Shown one piece after another: positions 13,804-25,778 of a stretch of DNA of 64,000 nucleotides. Source of the DNA: Sarea resinae (Eukaryota); the NCBI GenBank assembly GCA_026026165.1, contig JAPEUD010000012.1, positions 434,001 through 498,000 on the forward strand. Direction: 5' to 3'. The notes below the pieces were generated by a model. It was not told the DNA's origin. It made no database searches and saw nothing but the letters and a program-made list of their open reading frames with translations. How positions within the stretch are numbered: the stretch's first letter is position 1; every line of letters starts with the position of its first letter. A program made the translations under genes and the position numbers.

Positions 13804-15376
13804 ATGGCCGACCTACAAAGTATTCAGGACTCTGCTGCTGAAAGCGCCCCGAATCCAGGGGCTTTTTATGATGCATATGAAGAGCACACCTCTGGCCATC
13901 GCATACACACCGCGAGCGCTATTCACATCGCCCTTCGGAAGGCATACCCAAACCACTGCATCACTGCTTGCTCCTGTGATCTAGTAAAGTACGCCAACTC
14001 AGGCCATGCCGTAGCCGATCTTGCAGAAGATGAACCACCAAATATTCGGTCTCGTGTGTTTGAGGCTGCGCGCCGTCGCACATTTGATGATGATCCTGGC
14101 CAGCTGAGAGATGCGGTCCTCTTCGGTCGCTATGATTATCGTTGGGAAGGCCACAAATTCCTGGTTTATGTCGTCCAAGGAGAGACCTTTGCTAGATGTG
14201 ACAACCGGACCTACATTTTGTCTGAACCCGAAAGGGGGCAGGCGGCCAACCGTTCCGTCAGCCAGAGCGCCGATGCTCTTATTCTCGCTGCTTGTGCCTG
14301 GGCCGAAAGGAGCCACGAGGAGGTATGGGTCTATGATCAGGGTCGATGGAACAAGGACAAGGAGCTTTGGAAGGCAGTCCAAGATAAAAATTTCGATGAT
14401 ATTGTCTTGGAGGGAACCCTAAAAAGCTCCATCATGAGGGATATGGTGGGCTTTTTCGACGGCCGCAAATTATATGCTGAATATGGTGCTCCATGGAAGG
14501 TCAGTTCCCTTTCACTATCGTATATTCAGAAGTGTGAAAGCCGTGTCAAAATCTAACGGAATATAGCGGGGGCTTATCTTTCACGGCCCACCTGGGAACG
14601 GCAAGACGATGACTGTGAAAGCTATCATGAATACGCTCATGTCACGCTCCAACCCCATTCCTACGCTCTATATCAAGACCCTCTCGCAGCGTGGTTTTGG
14701 CCCACAGATGTCGGTTCGACAGATCTTTTCGAAAGCCCGGTCCACGGCACCATGTCTGCTCCTATTTGAGGATCTTGATAGTCTGATTACAGACGAAGTT
14801 CGCAGCTACTTCTTGAACGAGTTGGATGGTTTGGAGGATAATGACGGAATCCTGATGATCGGTTCCACCAATCACCGTAAGTCTCTTCCATTCTCGGATC
14901 TATTTGGTCTCATAATAGCTTATAATATCAGTGGAAAAGCTTGATCCTGGCCTTTCCAAACGCCCGAGCCGCTTCGACCGCAAATACCGATTCAGCCATC
15001 CTTCCTTTGAGCAGCGGAAGCTTTACTGCGAGCAATGGAGGTGAGTGTCTTGCTGATGGTCCTCTTCGCTATCGTTGACCACTAAATCTCTTCTAGTAAT
15101 AAACTCTCTAGCAACCCCGCAGTAGCTACGCCTAGCACCGTGCCGGAGCATATCGCCTCTGTCACAGATGGATTCAGTTATGCGTACCTCAAAGAAGCAT
15201 ACCTCGGTGCACTACTTACACTGCTTCGCGAGTCCGTTGACGATAGCACTGCACATGTCGAGGAGGAAGACGACCAGAAATGGGGTCGGCTCGGGAATAT
15301 GCTGCAGAAGCAGGTCGCCATTCTCAGGGCAGAGATGGCCGAAGCAGAGGAGATCAAAACGGATGGCGAGAAGTAA
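13804..15376 (+). CDS. Fungal single-domain AAA+ ATPase
   Basis: 4 exons (introns 14500-14566, 14877-14931, 15041-15096). Walker A GPPGNGKT, Walker B LLLFEDLD, second region of homology STNHLEKLDPGLSKRPSRFDRKY. Confidence 0.93.
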
Positions 15377-16097
15377 GTAGGCTAGCTGATGGGGGTATGA
15401 AATAGGTTCTTTAAGGTACTTGGGCGAGATGGGAACCCTTTTCTTTTAGCAATGGAACAAAACATAAGGGAATTGTCTGCTATTCGGAAATTGTGGATCT
15501 CGTTCTCCTGAATTATGTATTCAACAGTGCCAGACCTTGAGCGTCTCGGTTACCACTATTAAGACTCCGAAGCTGATATCGGACTCCAAAGTTCTTGTGA
15601 ATTCAAAGGCTATTCTAGTGTCTGAATATTTCGCAGCAAGGGCATCTCTCTTACTAGTCTCCTCTCCCTAATTTCCATCGACCCTTGATATACTTGAATA
15701 GGCAAGGCAATACCCGGAGGCGATCGTAGTCTCGCAGAACCAACGTCTTCGATTCCGAATCTTCAGGCTTCTGTAGGGATTGTTCGCTCTTCATTTCACG
15801 CACTAATAGACTCGAGGACAATAATCGTCAAATATCTGTATCCTCTACAATCACCCCTGCCCTATCAAATTCTCGATATTGTTCCGTCGAACGCTCCATC
15901 GAGATTCAGCGTCCAGTGGTACCGTTCTAGACGCAACCAAAGCATCGGAGACCAACTCAGATATCATCACATCACGACCTTAGACAAACATCATCCAACG
16001 TCTCTGCTCCGCTCGCGCTTGGATTTGGCCATCGATGCTGCGTTCTAGATCGTTGTGGATCTAGGTACCTAGGTAGGTAGCAAGTGCCAGCCAAGCC

Positions 16098-16114
16098 GGG
16101 GGGGGGGGGGGGGG
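16098..16114. repeat. Poly-G homopolymer (17 G)
   Basis: Directly visible. Confidence 0.9.
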
Positions 16115-16941
16115 ATACGACATGTTGACCCCAAGGATCGTTGACCGGCTTGAAACTTCGAGCCTGGTGCATCGAGCAAATCTTCAGCTAGGGCCTACCT
16201 ACCTACCTTCCATGATAGAATGGTAGAACTCAAGCTTTTAGAAAAGTCTACCTACCTAAGGTATGGGATGCAGTTTTGAATCGTAATACGGGCGGGTGAT
16301 TTTCCCACACCGCTCAACCGCCATTTTTCGAGTCAGGAGATTCAATACGTAGGGCGCTATAGTGACAAGTCACTGTGCTGAGTGGCAAAACGAAAGATTA
16401 AGCGTCGATGGCCACGAAGACAACTTCCTTAGGCGGTGCAACTAGCGGTCCGATCTTGAAATTTCTTGATTGCATTATATAGATTCTCATTCTTGGTTAC
16501 TCATCTCATCTCCTGTTCCTATTTAGTGGTATCACGGTTCAGTCAATACATACAGTGGGAACGAAAGCCCACACACCCCCAAATGCTCCTGATTTAGCCC
16601 CGAGGAAATGCCCTTCCCAATGCTTGCTTGCTTGCTTGAAAGATAAAAACGAAACGCTAGTGCAGTGCTTTCGTAGGACAAAACGAACTGATAAATCGAA
16701 CGCCGTCTATCATGGCGTGTCGGGTCTGGTCGGATCGTGAAACGAAAGGAAAAGGTGTCGTTGCTAGTTCTTGTATATCGAGAGAAGGAGAGAAAAAGCA
16801 CGCGTCATATGCCATAGCCCATCTATTCATCGCCTGGGCTTATTGGTGTTCTGCTGTTGGGCCCATCCTGATTGGTGTCACGCAAGCTCATGTTACTCGT
16901 GAACAGATGCCTTGGCCTTGAGATATTGATATTGAGCGTCT

Positions 16942-18669
16942 TCACATACGAGAAGTCCAAGGCCGCTCATGTATTCGAGCAGGCTCAATAGGTATCTCGT
17001 CAGATGGTGCATTTTCCAGTCCGCAATGGCAGCCCATCGAGAACAGATAACTTCTTTTCCGCACCAATCCATCAGCTTGGCTAGATCTATTCTGATCTTC
17101 TGTTTCGTCTTCCGGTCCGCCAAGCAGACCCGCGAACAGAACACTTTTCTTCTTCGCTAAGCCATCCGTATTGGCTGGTTTGCTCTGATCTTCCGGTAAG
17201 TCCTCTGGTCCGCCAAGCAGACCCGAGAAGAAACCACTTTTTTTCTTTGTTACGACGTTGGCTTGGGTCGGTCTGTTTCGCAAATTGAAGCAGCTCCAAG
17301 ATCGCGTAACCTTATGCTCGGAAGATTCTTCCGACATTGGCTTTTCATTTGAGATAGGATCCTTGCGAGAAAGATTCGGGCTTGCTCTCTCCTCGGGCTC
17401 TTTCTCTTGTGATGAACTTGCTGCTTCGGCATCCTGCGTGGCGCTCGAGAATAGATAACTTTTCTGCTTCCCGACGCTTTTAGGACGGACCGTGTTATTG
17501 CGCAGACTGAAACAGCTCCAAGTGCGCGTGACTTCATGTGCGGGCTCCTCATCTGTTGGAGCCCTATTCTTTGCAACACCACCTTCGTCCTCTGGAAGAT
17601 CAAGTCGGTAGCGTCGAACGCTACCTACATCGTCATCCTTTTCACTGTTGTAGAAAGGCCGATGACGACTATAAGAGCACCATTTCGGGGCCCAGCGAGC
17701 CCAAAAACCGCGAAACCCTCTAGTAGATTTGTCGATCTCGGCATACTCGCGCCGTCGGGTGGCCATCGACATCCAAGAGATTGTAGTGGTCGGTGCTGGA
17801 GGAGACACTGGAGATGGAGGATCGTTGTGGGAGGCCTCACTGTCGCGGTGGTGACTTAAGGTGTGATCTACAGGATGGTGAGGCTCGGACGTCGATACCG
17901 AGCGCCGTGGAGAGTGCTGACTGCTGCACACTAACCCCACGGTAGAGTGGACACCAGGGTCAGTATGGTGATGTGCAAGAGCCGTTCCCAGTGATTGGAA
18001 AAGCTGGCTGCTCTTGTAGTGGAAGGCAAGTGGGCTTTCCGAGCGTCGTTCAGAAAGATTGAAGCTGCTCCTTCGGGAGGTACTGGCAGAATTTGACTTG
18101 CTATAGATGTTGTAGGACCGTTGTCCTGAATTAGAATGCTTTGAACCTGGGCGCGAATTTGGCTTGGAAGAGGGTCGTCTGGAATATGAATAGCGACGGT
18201 ATCCGGTTTGATGACTGGTCGACGGTGGAACTGCTGGAGGAGTTTCCTTTGGTGTTGAAGTAAAAGTTGCGGATTTAGTCCTGCGTCGTCCTCGCCGGAA
18301 GTCACTTGGCAGATCACCCCTGTGTCGCAATGCCGCTTTCTGTAACAAAGGTGTTGGTGAGGTTCCCGATGACTGAGTGTGGCTCGACTCCGGGCTTGAT
18401 GTCCCTGTCCGACCATGGTCATCTCCATACCCGCTGTCCGTTCGGTCTATCCTCGCTCTTTCTGAGCTCTCAGCAGGCTGCTCTATTGCTTCATCACCGA
18501 GACTATCCGGAATCACCAATGCTGTATGAAAGGTTGTATTGGAGGGCTGATTGCGCAGTATTTCGTTGCTCCTGTGAGTGTCGATAACTAAGGAAGTATG
18601 TTTGCTTGGAAGATGCTCTCGTAGGAGTTCCTCGTGCCTGTCGGCAGGCTGATCCTCTGTTGTGGCCAT
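16942..18669 (-). CDS. Hypothetical Ser/Pro-rich protein (575 aa) with a small central motif and C-terminal internal repeats
   Basis: Uninterrupted 1728-nt ORF. The block TISWMSMATRRREYAEIDKSTRGFRGFW...FY...GSVRRYRLDL resembles a motif I recall from uncharacterised Pezizomycotina proteins. Repeats WSCFxLRN x2 and GLLGGPED x2. Confidence 0.8.
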   Translation of the reverse strand: MATTEDQPADRHEELLREHLPSKHTSLVIDTHRSNEILRNQPSNTTFHTALVIPDSLGDEAIEQPAESSERARIDRTDSGYGDDHGRTGTSSPESSHTQSSGTSPTPLLQKAALRHRGDLPSDFRRGRRRTKSATFTSTPKETPPAVPPSTSHQTGYRRYSYSRRPSSKPNSRPGSKHSNSGQRSYNIYSKSNSASTSRRSSFNLSERRSESPLAFHYKSSQLFQSLGTALAHHHTDPGVHSTVGLVCSSQHSPRRSVSTSEPHHPVDHTLSHHRDSEASHNDPPSPVSPPAPTTTISWMSMATRRREYAEIDKSTRGFRGFWARWAPKWCSYSRHRPFYNSEKDDDVGSVRRYRLDLPEDEGGVAKNRAPTDEEPAHEVTRTWSCFSLRNNTVRPKSVGKQKSYLFSSATQDAEAASSSQEKEPEERASPNLSRKDPISNEKPMSEESSEHKVTRSWSCFNLRNRPTQANVVTKKKSGFFSGLLGGPEDLPEDQSKPANTDGLAKKKSVLFAGLLGGPEDETEDQNRSSQADGLVRKRSYLFSMGCHCGLENAPSDEIPIEPARIHERPWTSRM

Positions 18670-21600
18670 CGAGTACAGTGGAAGCTATGAGAACATGATA
18701 GACTGTCGTTCCATGAGCATAATCCATTTGTCGCGGAGCTTGGATCTTACATATTGTATAAACAAGCGACACACCACGGATGTTGCTGGAAGATCCCCAG
18801 CCAATTGCTCAACCACGGCTTAATTTTCGAAAAGCTCACCGCAAGAATGTTAGGCTTGAAGAGTCTCAACAATCGACCATGCGGTGGAGAATGGCAGAGA
18901 CAGCTTGGTCAATGGGTATATTATTCGCTTCGGATTAGGCGATTGATTCGAGATCGGCCCCCTTCAAGGGCAGCAGCGCTACGTCAAGAGTAAATGGGTC
19001 TAAAGGAGAATGTACAGGCGTGGCCGGACCAGTTGTCGGAGGTTGGTCCAGTCACGATCGTCGAGATGCGTGTCTATTGACGGTTAGCAGACGGCTTCAT
19101 GCACCAGGGCGTGTAGCGAGCCGGACTACTTGGCCTGTTGCTTCTTCACCGCCGTCTCACAGGCACCTTGCGAGGCACGCTCTAATTCGACTTGGCGCGC
19201 GGGACCCCGCTGAGGAGAAAAGGCCGGTGATTAATTAGTTTGAGGACTCTGGAAGAGACAGTCAGGAAGAGAGGTCAGCTGAAGCTGATGAGGGAAACTA
19301 GAATTGATTGTCGAGATAATGTGAGTGCTGGGAGAAGTCGAGTCGAGGGCTATCGGCTGTGGATGCGATGTCATTCATGCAAGCGCATTCACACGCTGTC
19401 AATATATCTATCTTCACATGTCAAGCAGTGTATCGAAGCTGGGAGCCAAATAAGAACGGACAGGCCAGGGCATCGAATGGGGGGCAGCCAATATACGGTC
19501 GGCACCCATCCATAGCAAATGCAGAAGCAGATGCTTCAAACGGCATCGGCACCTCTTGCACCCATCTGCATCAGAGTGTCGACATGACAAGGACTGAGAT
19601 CGGCATCTGAGGCATCTGCGCCATGATTTGACTCAGTGTTTGATAGCTGGGTTGGTGGTCGCCATGGTCATTCTCATTCGCCCGTCACACGTCGAATGCA
19701 GATGATCTCGCGGCAGCACAGAGAGGTCGGTGCCGTATTCGTCGAGGACCAGAGCACCCGAGCACCAGAGCAGCTAGAGGCAGGGCCATGATGGTCGAAA
19801 TGATTGAATGTCTCGAGACCCGGTTCGGGTAGTCTAGCTCTAAGTCCCGTAGTGGCGGACTCCTCCGAGCCTCATCCTTGAACTACTGACCTTACCTACT
19901 ATGAGTACTATGAGTACTATGAGTACTAATGATTCTCTCGGGAGGGAGGGAGGGAGGGAGGGAATTGAGGCATCTTTGGCTGAAATGGCTGAACGGCTGA
20001 ATGGCATGGCTCTGTCATACGAAGAGAGTAAGAGGAAAAGCCTAGAGGCCAAAGCCCGCGTAGCCCTGATTGCTATCGGCATCGATACACATCATTGTTC
20101 ATGGAGGTGTGGAAGATGTGGAATACTCTATGTGGAAGATGTGGAATGGTGTGCTGTTCCAGAGCATGGTGTCGCCCCTCGTGGTCACGGTGGGGCCTCT
20201 CGTCCGCCTTTCCCGTCCCATGCACGCATCCACCGAGAGGTACCTTTAATCTCTCGAAACAGGGGCGCATCCGCAAGTATCCTTCCATCCACCCATCCAT
20301 CCATCCACCCACCCACCATCCGTCCATCATCCATCGAGACCTCTCGCTCGCCGCACAGAACAGCAAACGAGAATAGCGCGGCTGCATCCAGTCCGCTTGC
20401 CATCCATGCTGCAGCACCCTCCTGCATGATGCATTTGCTCGAGGACAACATCCCGACGATGCTACTCCGTACCTATGGATGATGGCTGTCTTCGGTCGCC
20501 TTTCTATGGTCCTACATTAGTAAGTCGTACATAATTGCTAACCACCCCTTTTACTCGTACCTTCCAAGAGCCCTCTCGCCCAGCCCACTGCCACGCGTTG
20601 CTCACTCCGACTTTATCGAGATCTCACCTAAGGCTTCCCGAATAAGGCAGAGCTAGGGCAAGCCAGGAACGACTTGCTCCCTAGCCCTTCAGGTACGGTA
20701 CCTCATGGTAGATGCTAGATAGACACATGTCGGTCCTTCTAGGGATCGAGCGGGGAGACCCGAAACTCTTGGCCATGGCGGCAGGATATTGGAGGAAGTC
20801 GGAATCATTTCCTCGTAGTCACTCATACCTGGATATTCTCTTTCCAGTGGCATATCATAGCCTAGACAAGCATTTCCAGCCCTCCACCTCCGAAGCGCCC
20901 CTCACCACCATGACTGCGATCAGGAGACGTGTCAATGATGGAAGGTAACACTTCCCTCGCCCCATCTGACTGTGGCCTCAAGCCAAGCCAAGCCCAGCCC
21001 AGCCCGTACGATGCGTCTTATAGCGCAGATCCATGGCGAAATTCATCCGAGGCCAAGGTCGAAAAGGCGGAGATTTGTATACCAAAGGTAATGGTCATGA
21101 GATCGCTATGGATAGTGGCTTGTCGACCTTTGGTAGCGAGAGAAGCTACCAAGCGAAGAACAGCGAATATCACGACATCGGATCACAATCACACGTGAGG
21201 AAGGGCCAAAAGCATCACCTATTTGAAGAACTGGGCTGAATCGATCACTGTATGACATGCAGCTGTCATTGTCGCCTTTCTCAGTCGTCATATCATCCCG
21301 CCCGTCTCACAAACGCAATGATCTGGAACTGGAGAAGCTTATTCCAATGCCGAGATCCCCCATCTTCATCTCTGTCGATGCCCTTCTGACACACAAGGAC
21401 GACTTTATAGAGTAATTGCGCGCATGCTTCTCGAATAGCACCTTTTCATCCGAGCTTCGTCCTAGTCAGCGGAGCGGAGAGACTTCTTCCCAGTCCCCGT
21501 GATGGACCCTGAATGGCTTCCTGGGAGTATCACGACACCCCCAGCACGTCAGCAACTCTGTAAAGATGGGCGCGGCTGCTGCTGTGACTTGTACCTGTCA

Positions 21601-21730
21601 ACTGTCACCCTCAGTCTGTTACACACGCTGAATCTTATTCTGATGCCGAGGTACCCGCCCATCTTCCACGAGCTTGTCGAAGCCGAAGTTCATCCTGGTG
21701 GAGTGCAATAGAGGTTTCGAGAGAAGGAGA

Positions 21731-21753
21731 AGAGAGAGAGAGAGAGAGAGAGA
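21731..21753. repeat. (AG)n microsatellite
   Basis: About 11 AG units. Confidence 0.9.
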
Positions 21754-22948
21754 CCCTGAAGATCATGCCGAATGTGGCGTCTATACCCGGCCCGCGTGCC
21801 TTTGTTGCTTCTACTGCAACGGAGATCCGTGGATGGGTAGTGTCATCCTGTACAAATTCATGACGGGTCCAGGTAGGTCTTGCAGCTGTCAGCCATCGTC
21901 TCGTCTTCAGGTTAACAATGGGGCTCGGAAGTGCTTCTCATCTCGATCCCAAGATCCTCATCTCCTATCCACCTTCCACGCAACTACCAACGATAATCCG
22001 ACACACGCGCTCTCTGCCACTCTTGCAGGCCAGCGGGACGGAAAAACACGAGCTCTGTACCCCAGATGGAGCAACTCCGAGACCAATCGCGGGTCTGGTC
22101 GAATCATACGTACTACCATCATGCCGACATCTTCTCATGCCACATGTTTCTCCCCAGACTAGGTACCTTACCTACCTTACCTTACTACGCGGTGATCCGC
22201 AAGACCCGTCATACCCACCCAGCTAGCGTATTTGACCTGCGTACTCCGTACTCAAGTTGCCCTACCAGACCTTACGTACTCGAATCAGACTGTGGCCGGG
22301 AGGCCGCAAGTTCCGATTGATCCTTGATGATGTGCAGACACGCCAGGCATTACTAATCTCTGGGTGCCCTACAGTATGCTGTGTTGCGAAGAAGATCAAC
22401 ATAATAATAACCCTCAAGGATATTATCTCAATAGCAATGGCCTTCCTCCTCCCAAGAAGGGGTAAGAAAGGTATGAGGAACTAAGATCATACGCAACTGA
22501 ATGACTGGAAACCTGCCTCTGTTTCTGCTCTGCTCTGCTACGATCTGATATACTACTCGAGCTGAGTCTGGCGTCTTAAGACATTCCTGACTGTAACTCA
22601 TCTCCATAGTTGGATGGCCTTGCATCTTCTTGAGCGAGCGCCTGGAAGGGATATAGAGGGACAGGGGGCATGATATTTAGACCTTCTGCTCCTTTTTACC
22701 TGTAGCATCTGGTGCTCGGGATCGATGTCTTGGCTCTGCCGCGTGGACCAGACCAAATTAGCTCGAGCTCCTGTCAGATGCTGGCCACAAATGAACTTCT
22801 GATTTCTTCGAAGATTGACAGCAACAATACGTATCAAAGCGTCTAATATCCATCCATCTGTACCCAACTTGCAAGCGATAGAGCATTCAAAAACCTAACC
22901 AGAGCAAGAAACCCAAAACGTGAAAACCAAAAATCCCATCCGATCACA

Positions 22949-25002
22949 TCAGAGCCTGTACGAAAATTCCGGATTCTCCCCATCCGTCAGATCCAGCCAT
23001 TCCTGGTTTTCCAACTTGACATAATGCGGCTGCGCTCTAAACGCCGCTTTCTTCTTGTTCTGCCATCGATAATATAGATAGATGAGCGCCAGGTCGCCCA
23101 GACATGCACCCCAGCAGCATATGATCGTGATCTCGGCGGGCACGTATCTGGGTGCGTCCTTGGGCCGGAAAGTCTGCGGGCCGATGATGTTGCCGGCGCA
23201 GTAGAACATCATATAGATAGCGGCCACGGTAGTCTTCTTCGTGTATCCCGCCACATTTGTTGAGATCAGTGAGAGTAGAGCCACGAACGCCGTCGGGGAT
23301 GCTTGCGTGAGGTAATACCCGCCCAAACGGCCCGAGTTGTTTGACAGGGGCAGCGCGACGATGAGGATCATGCCGAGGATTGAGACGATGAGCCCAGACA
23401 TGGAGATGAGGATTCGGTGGCCGTAGCGATCGCCGAGCCAGCCGCAGACGATCAGTGTTACGACTTCGACCGCGCCGCCGGGTGTGCCGTATAGGAGAGA
23501 TTGTTCGGGTGTATAGCCAAAGGACACAATAAGTTGGCTGAAGAAATTAGAAATACCGCCTGCGCATACCGTAGCATCAGTAGTGCCCACTCATAAAACA
23601 CAAAAATGGGTGATATTTAAATTAGGAATGAGATTACTGACCATTAGGGATATCAGAACAAATAGCATAAAATGCGAACGCCCAGGTCATGGGGTCGAGA
23701 AGACACTCCTTGAATTGATACAGTTTCCAGTGTTTGTTTCCCACGCCCTGTTCATTGATTCTGATACGTTCAATTGCAAGAACGCGATCTTCCTTACTTA
23801 ACCAGCGTGCGTTCATTTGGTTGTCTGGCATGACAAGTAAGAAAATCACCCCAATCGCTACAGTCAGGAGGCCTGTAACAAGGAAGATGATCTTCCAGGG
23901 TGCAATAGCGGAGCCATGCAGACGCGTGCCTTTGGCTATGCCGTAGGCTATCAGTCCGCCGAAGATTTGGGCAAAGCCGTTGAAGCTAAGGCCAAGGTGA
24001 GCTTCGGTGCTTCACAACAGTGTGCACTGAATATTGCGTGATTTCTACATACCTGAACCAAATGCCTGTGCGTGTCCCTTGTTCTTGCTTGGTATACCAC
24101 TTACCACTATCAGCCACGAGCGTATAGCACGTTTCTCTCGGATCTTACCTGAGATGTGAACAACACAAAACCAGGGGTAACTGCTGCTTCAAAGATTCCA
24201 AGGAAGAATCGAACAGCCAGAGCGCCAGAATAATTGTCTACCGCCGCCATACAGCATAGTACAGCTCCCCACCTAGTCAACATCAGCCACTTTTTCCATT
24301 GCCAAATACGGGAGAGGCTACATTATGATGTTGAAAGATGACCACTTTGCCAAAGGAAGTCTCTGTAGGAGGCGATTCGTTGGATATTCCCAGGCAAGAT
24401 ATCCTGGGGTGTAGTCAGTATGATATTTTATATCGACGACGTAAGGTATCCAAATACCAAAGTAGAACATAGACCTTTGAAGATAATCGTTAGCTCAAGC
24501 TTACAAAAGATTACAACCAAGCATACCCCAGCCACTGGTAGTCGTCTCCTTTCAAGTGTATATCCTTCTTGATTCCCATAACACTCGCATACGACAGCGT
24601 TGTCTCTGCAATTCCCCAATGTCAGTTACCCTTTCTGAAATCACAGACGTCTAGAACGGTTCAGCATACTGTCAAGATAGTTCAATCCATAGATAACGCA
24701 AAGGAGCTGCGAAGAATTCAGGCCTCTGTCAGTATTGTGACGATTAATCTGATTCTTAAATTTGCCAAACAGAGTCAGAGACACACAGGCATTAAATTCC
24801 AATCAATCTTTCTCAATAGTCGTCGGCTCGTAGCTTCATCAATCTCGATCACTTGGCCCTCATATGATCCAATGGCTTTCAGCGCCTCATCGGCATCATG
24901 CGCGTGCTTCAAGAGCTGCGCCGGCACGACATCCTGCACCAATTCCGCGGACGCTGATTCCTTCTCCGGATCTGCGTTCTGGGGGATCTTCTCGTCGGCC
25001 AT
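22949..25002 (-). CDS. MFS transporter, anion:cation symporter / allantoate permease (Dal5-like) family
   Basis: 9 exons, start MADEK at 25002 (the track start at 25023 is a TTG). Motifs LLRKIDWNLMP, LNYLDKTTLSYA, GYLAWEYP, RFFLGIFEA, WYTKQEQGTR, NVAGYTKK, GNIIGPQTF, DLTDGENPEFSYRL. Includes a 17-nt micro-exon at 24474-24458. Confidence 0.94.
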
Positions 25003-25778
25003 GGCTGGCGATAGCGATGACAAGTGATCCTGATGGGATTAATGAGCGAGTGAAGCTCATCAGCATAAGAGGTTCATTAGCAGAAGAACATGTTCTTGGA
25101 GGATGATTCCCCGTCTGCGCCATGCCGCATTCGTTACACCAACGGCAATCACGAAATGCCTACATATAATGACTGATTGCAGATAAGGTGTTCGGCGATA
25201 CCGGGGACCCTGGACGGTGTTTATCAGCTGCATACCCCTACACGATTCGGTCATATCGATGCTATCATTGCCATTGACGAGTAAAGGACCCAGCACCTCT
25301 GCCGCGGTCCCCCACCGAACGTTCGGAACGGCGATCTCCATGTGGCTCATAGAACACTTGGCCGGGCTTTGGCATGTCGGCAATCCACAGTCGCACCTAT
25401 CGAGAGGAGAGAGGGGGAGGAGGCATCCATGGATAGAGTAGAGTTACTCGATGTGCTTGTGCTCGTTTCCTAGAAAGGAAGGTGCTTACAGTACTTTGTA
25501 CCTGATGATAGCATACCTAGGTATCCATCCATTGATATGATAGGGTGTGGGATACGGGATACGAATTATGTAAGGTAAACACAACAACGGCAATCATTTT
25601 CGTCACTTCAGATGAGCCACAAGAGCACCTCGTCCTCCTTTATTTATACAATACCTCTGGAAGACCAACAATTCCCCATTCGATAAATTAAATTCAATAC
25701 AGGATCAATATCAATACAGAGTAGCAAGAGAAGAGAATATGAAGTTTGCCACCACTCACTCGTATGGGCGAATCTATG

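Noticed and set aside
19901..20482. 193-aa plus-strand ORF
   Set aside because: Largely built from simple repeats (TACTATGAG x3, GGGA and CATC runs); probably spurious.
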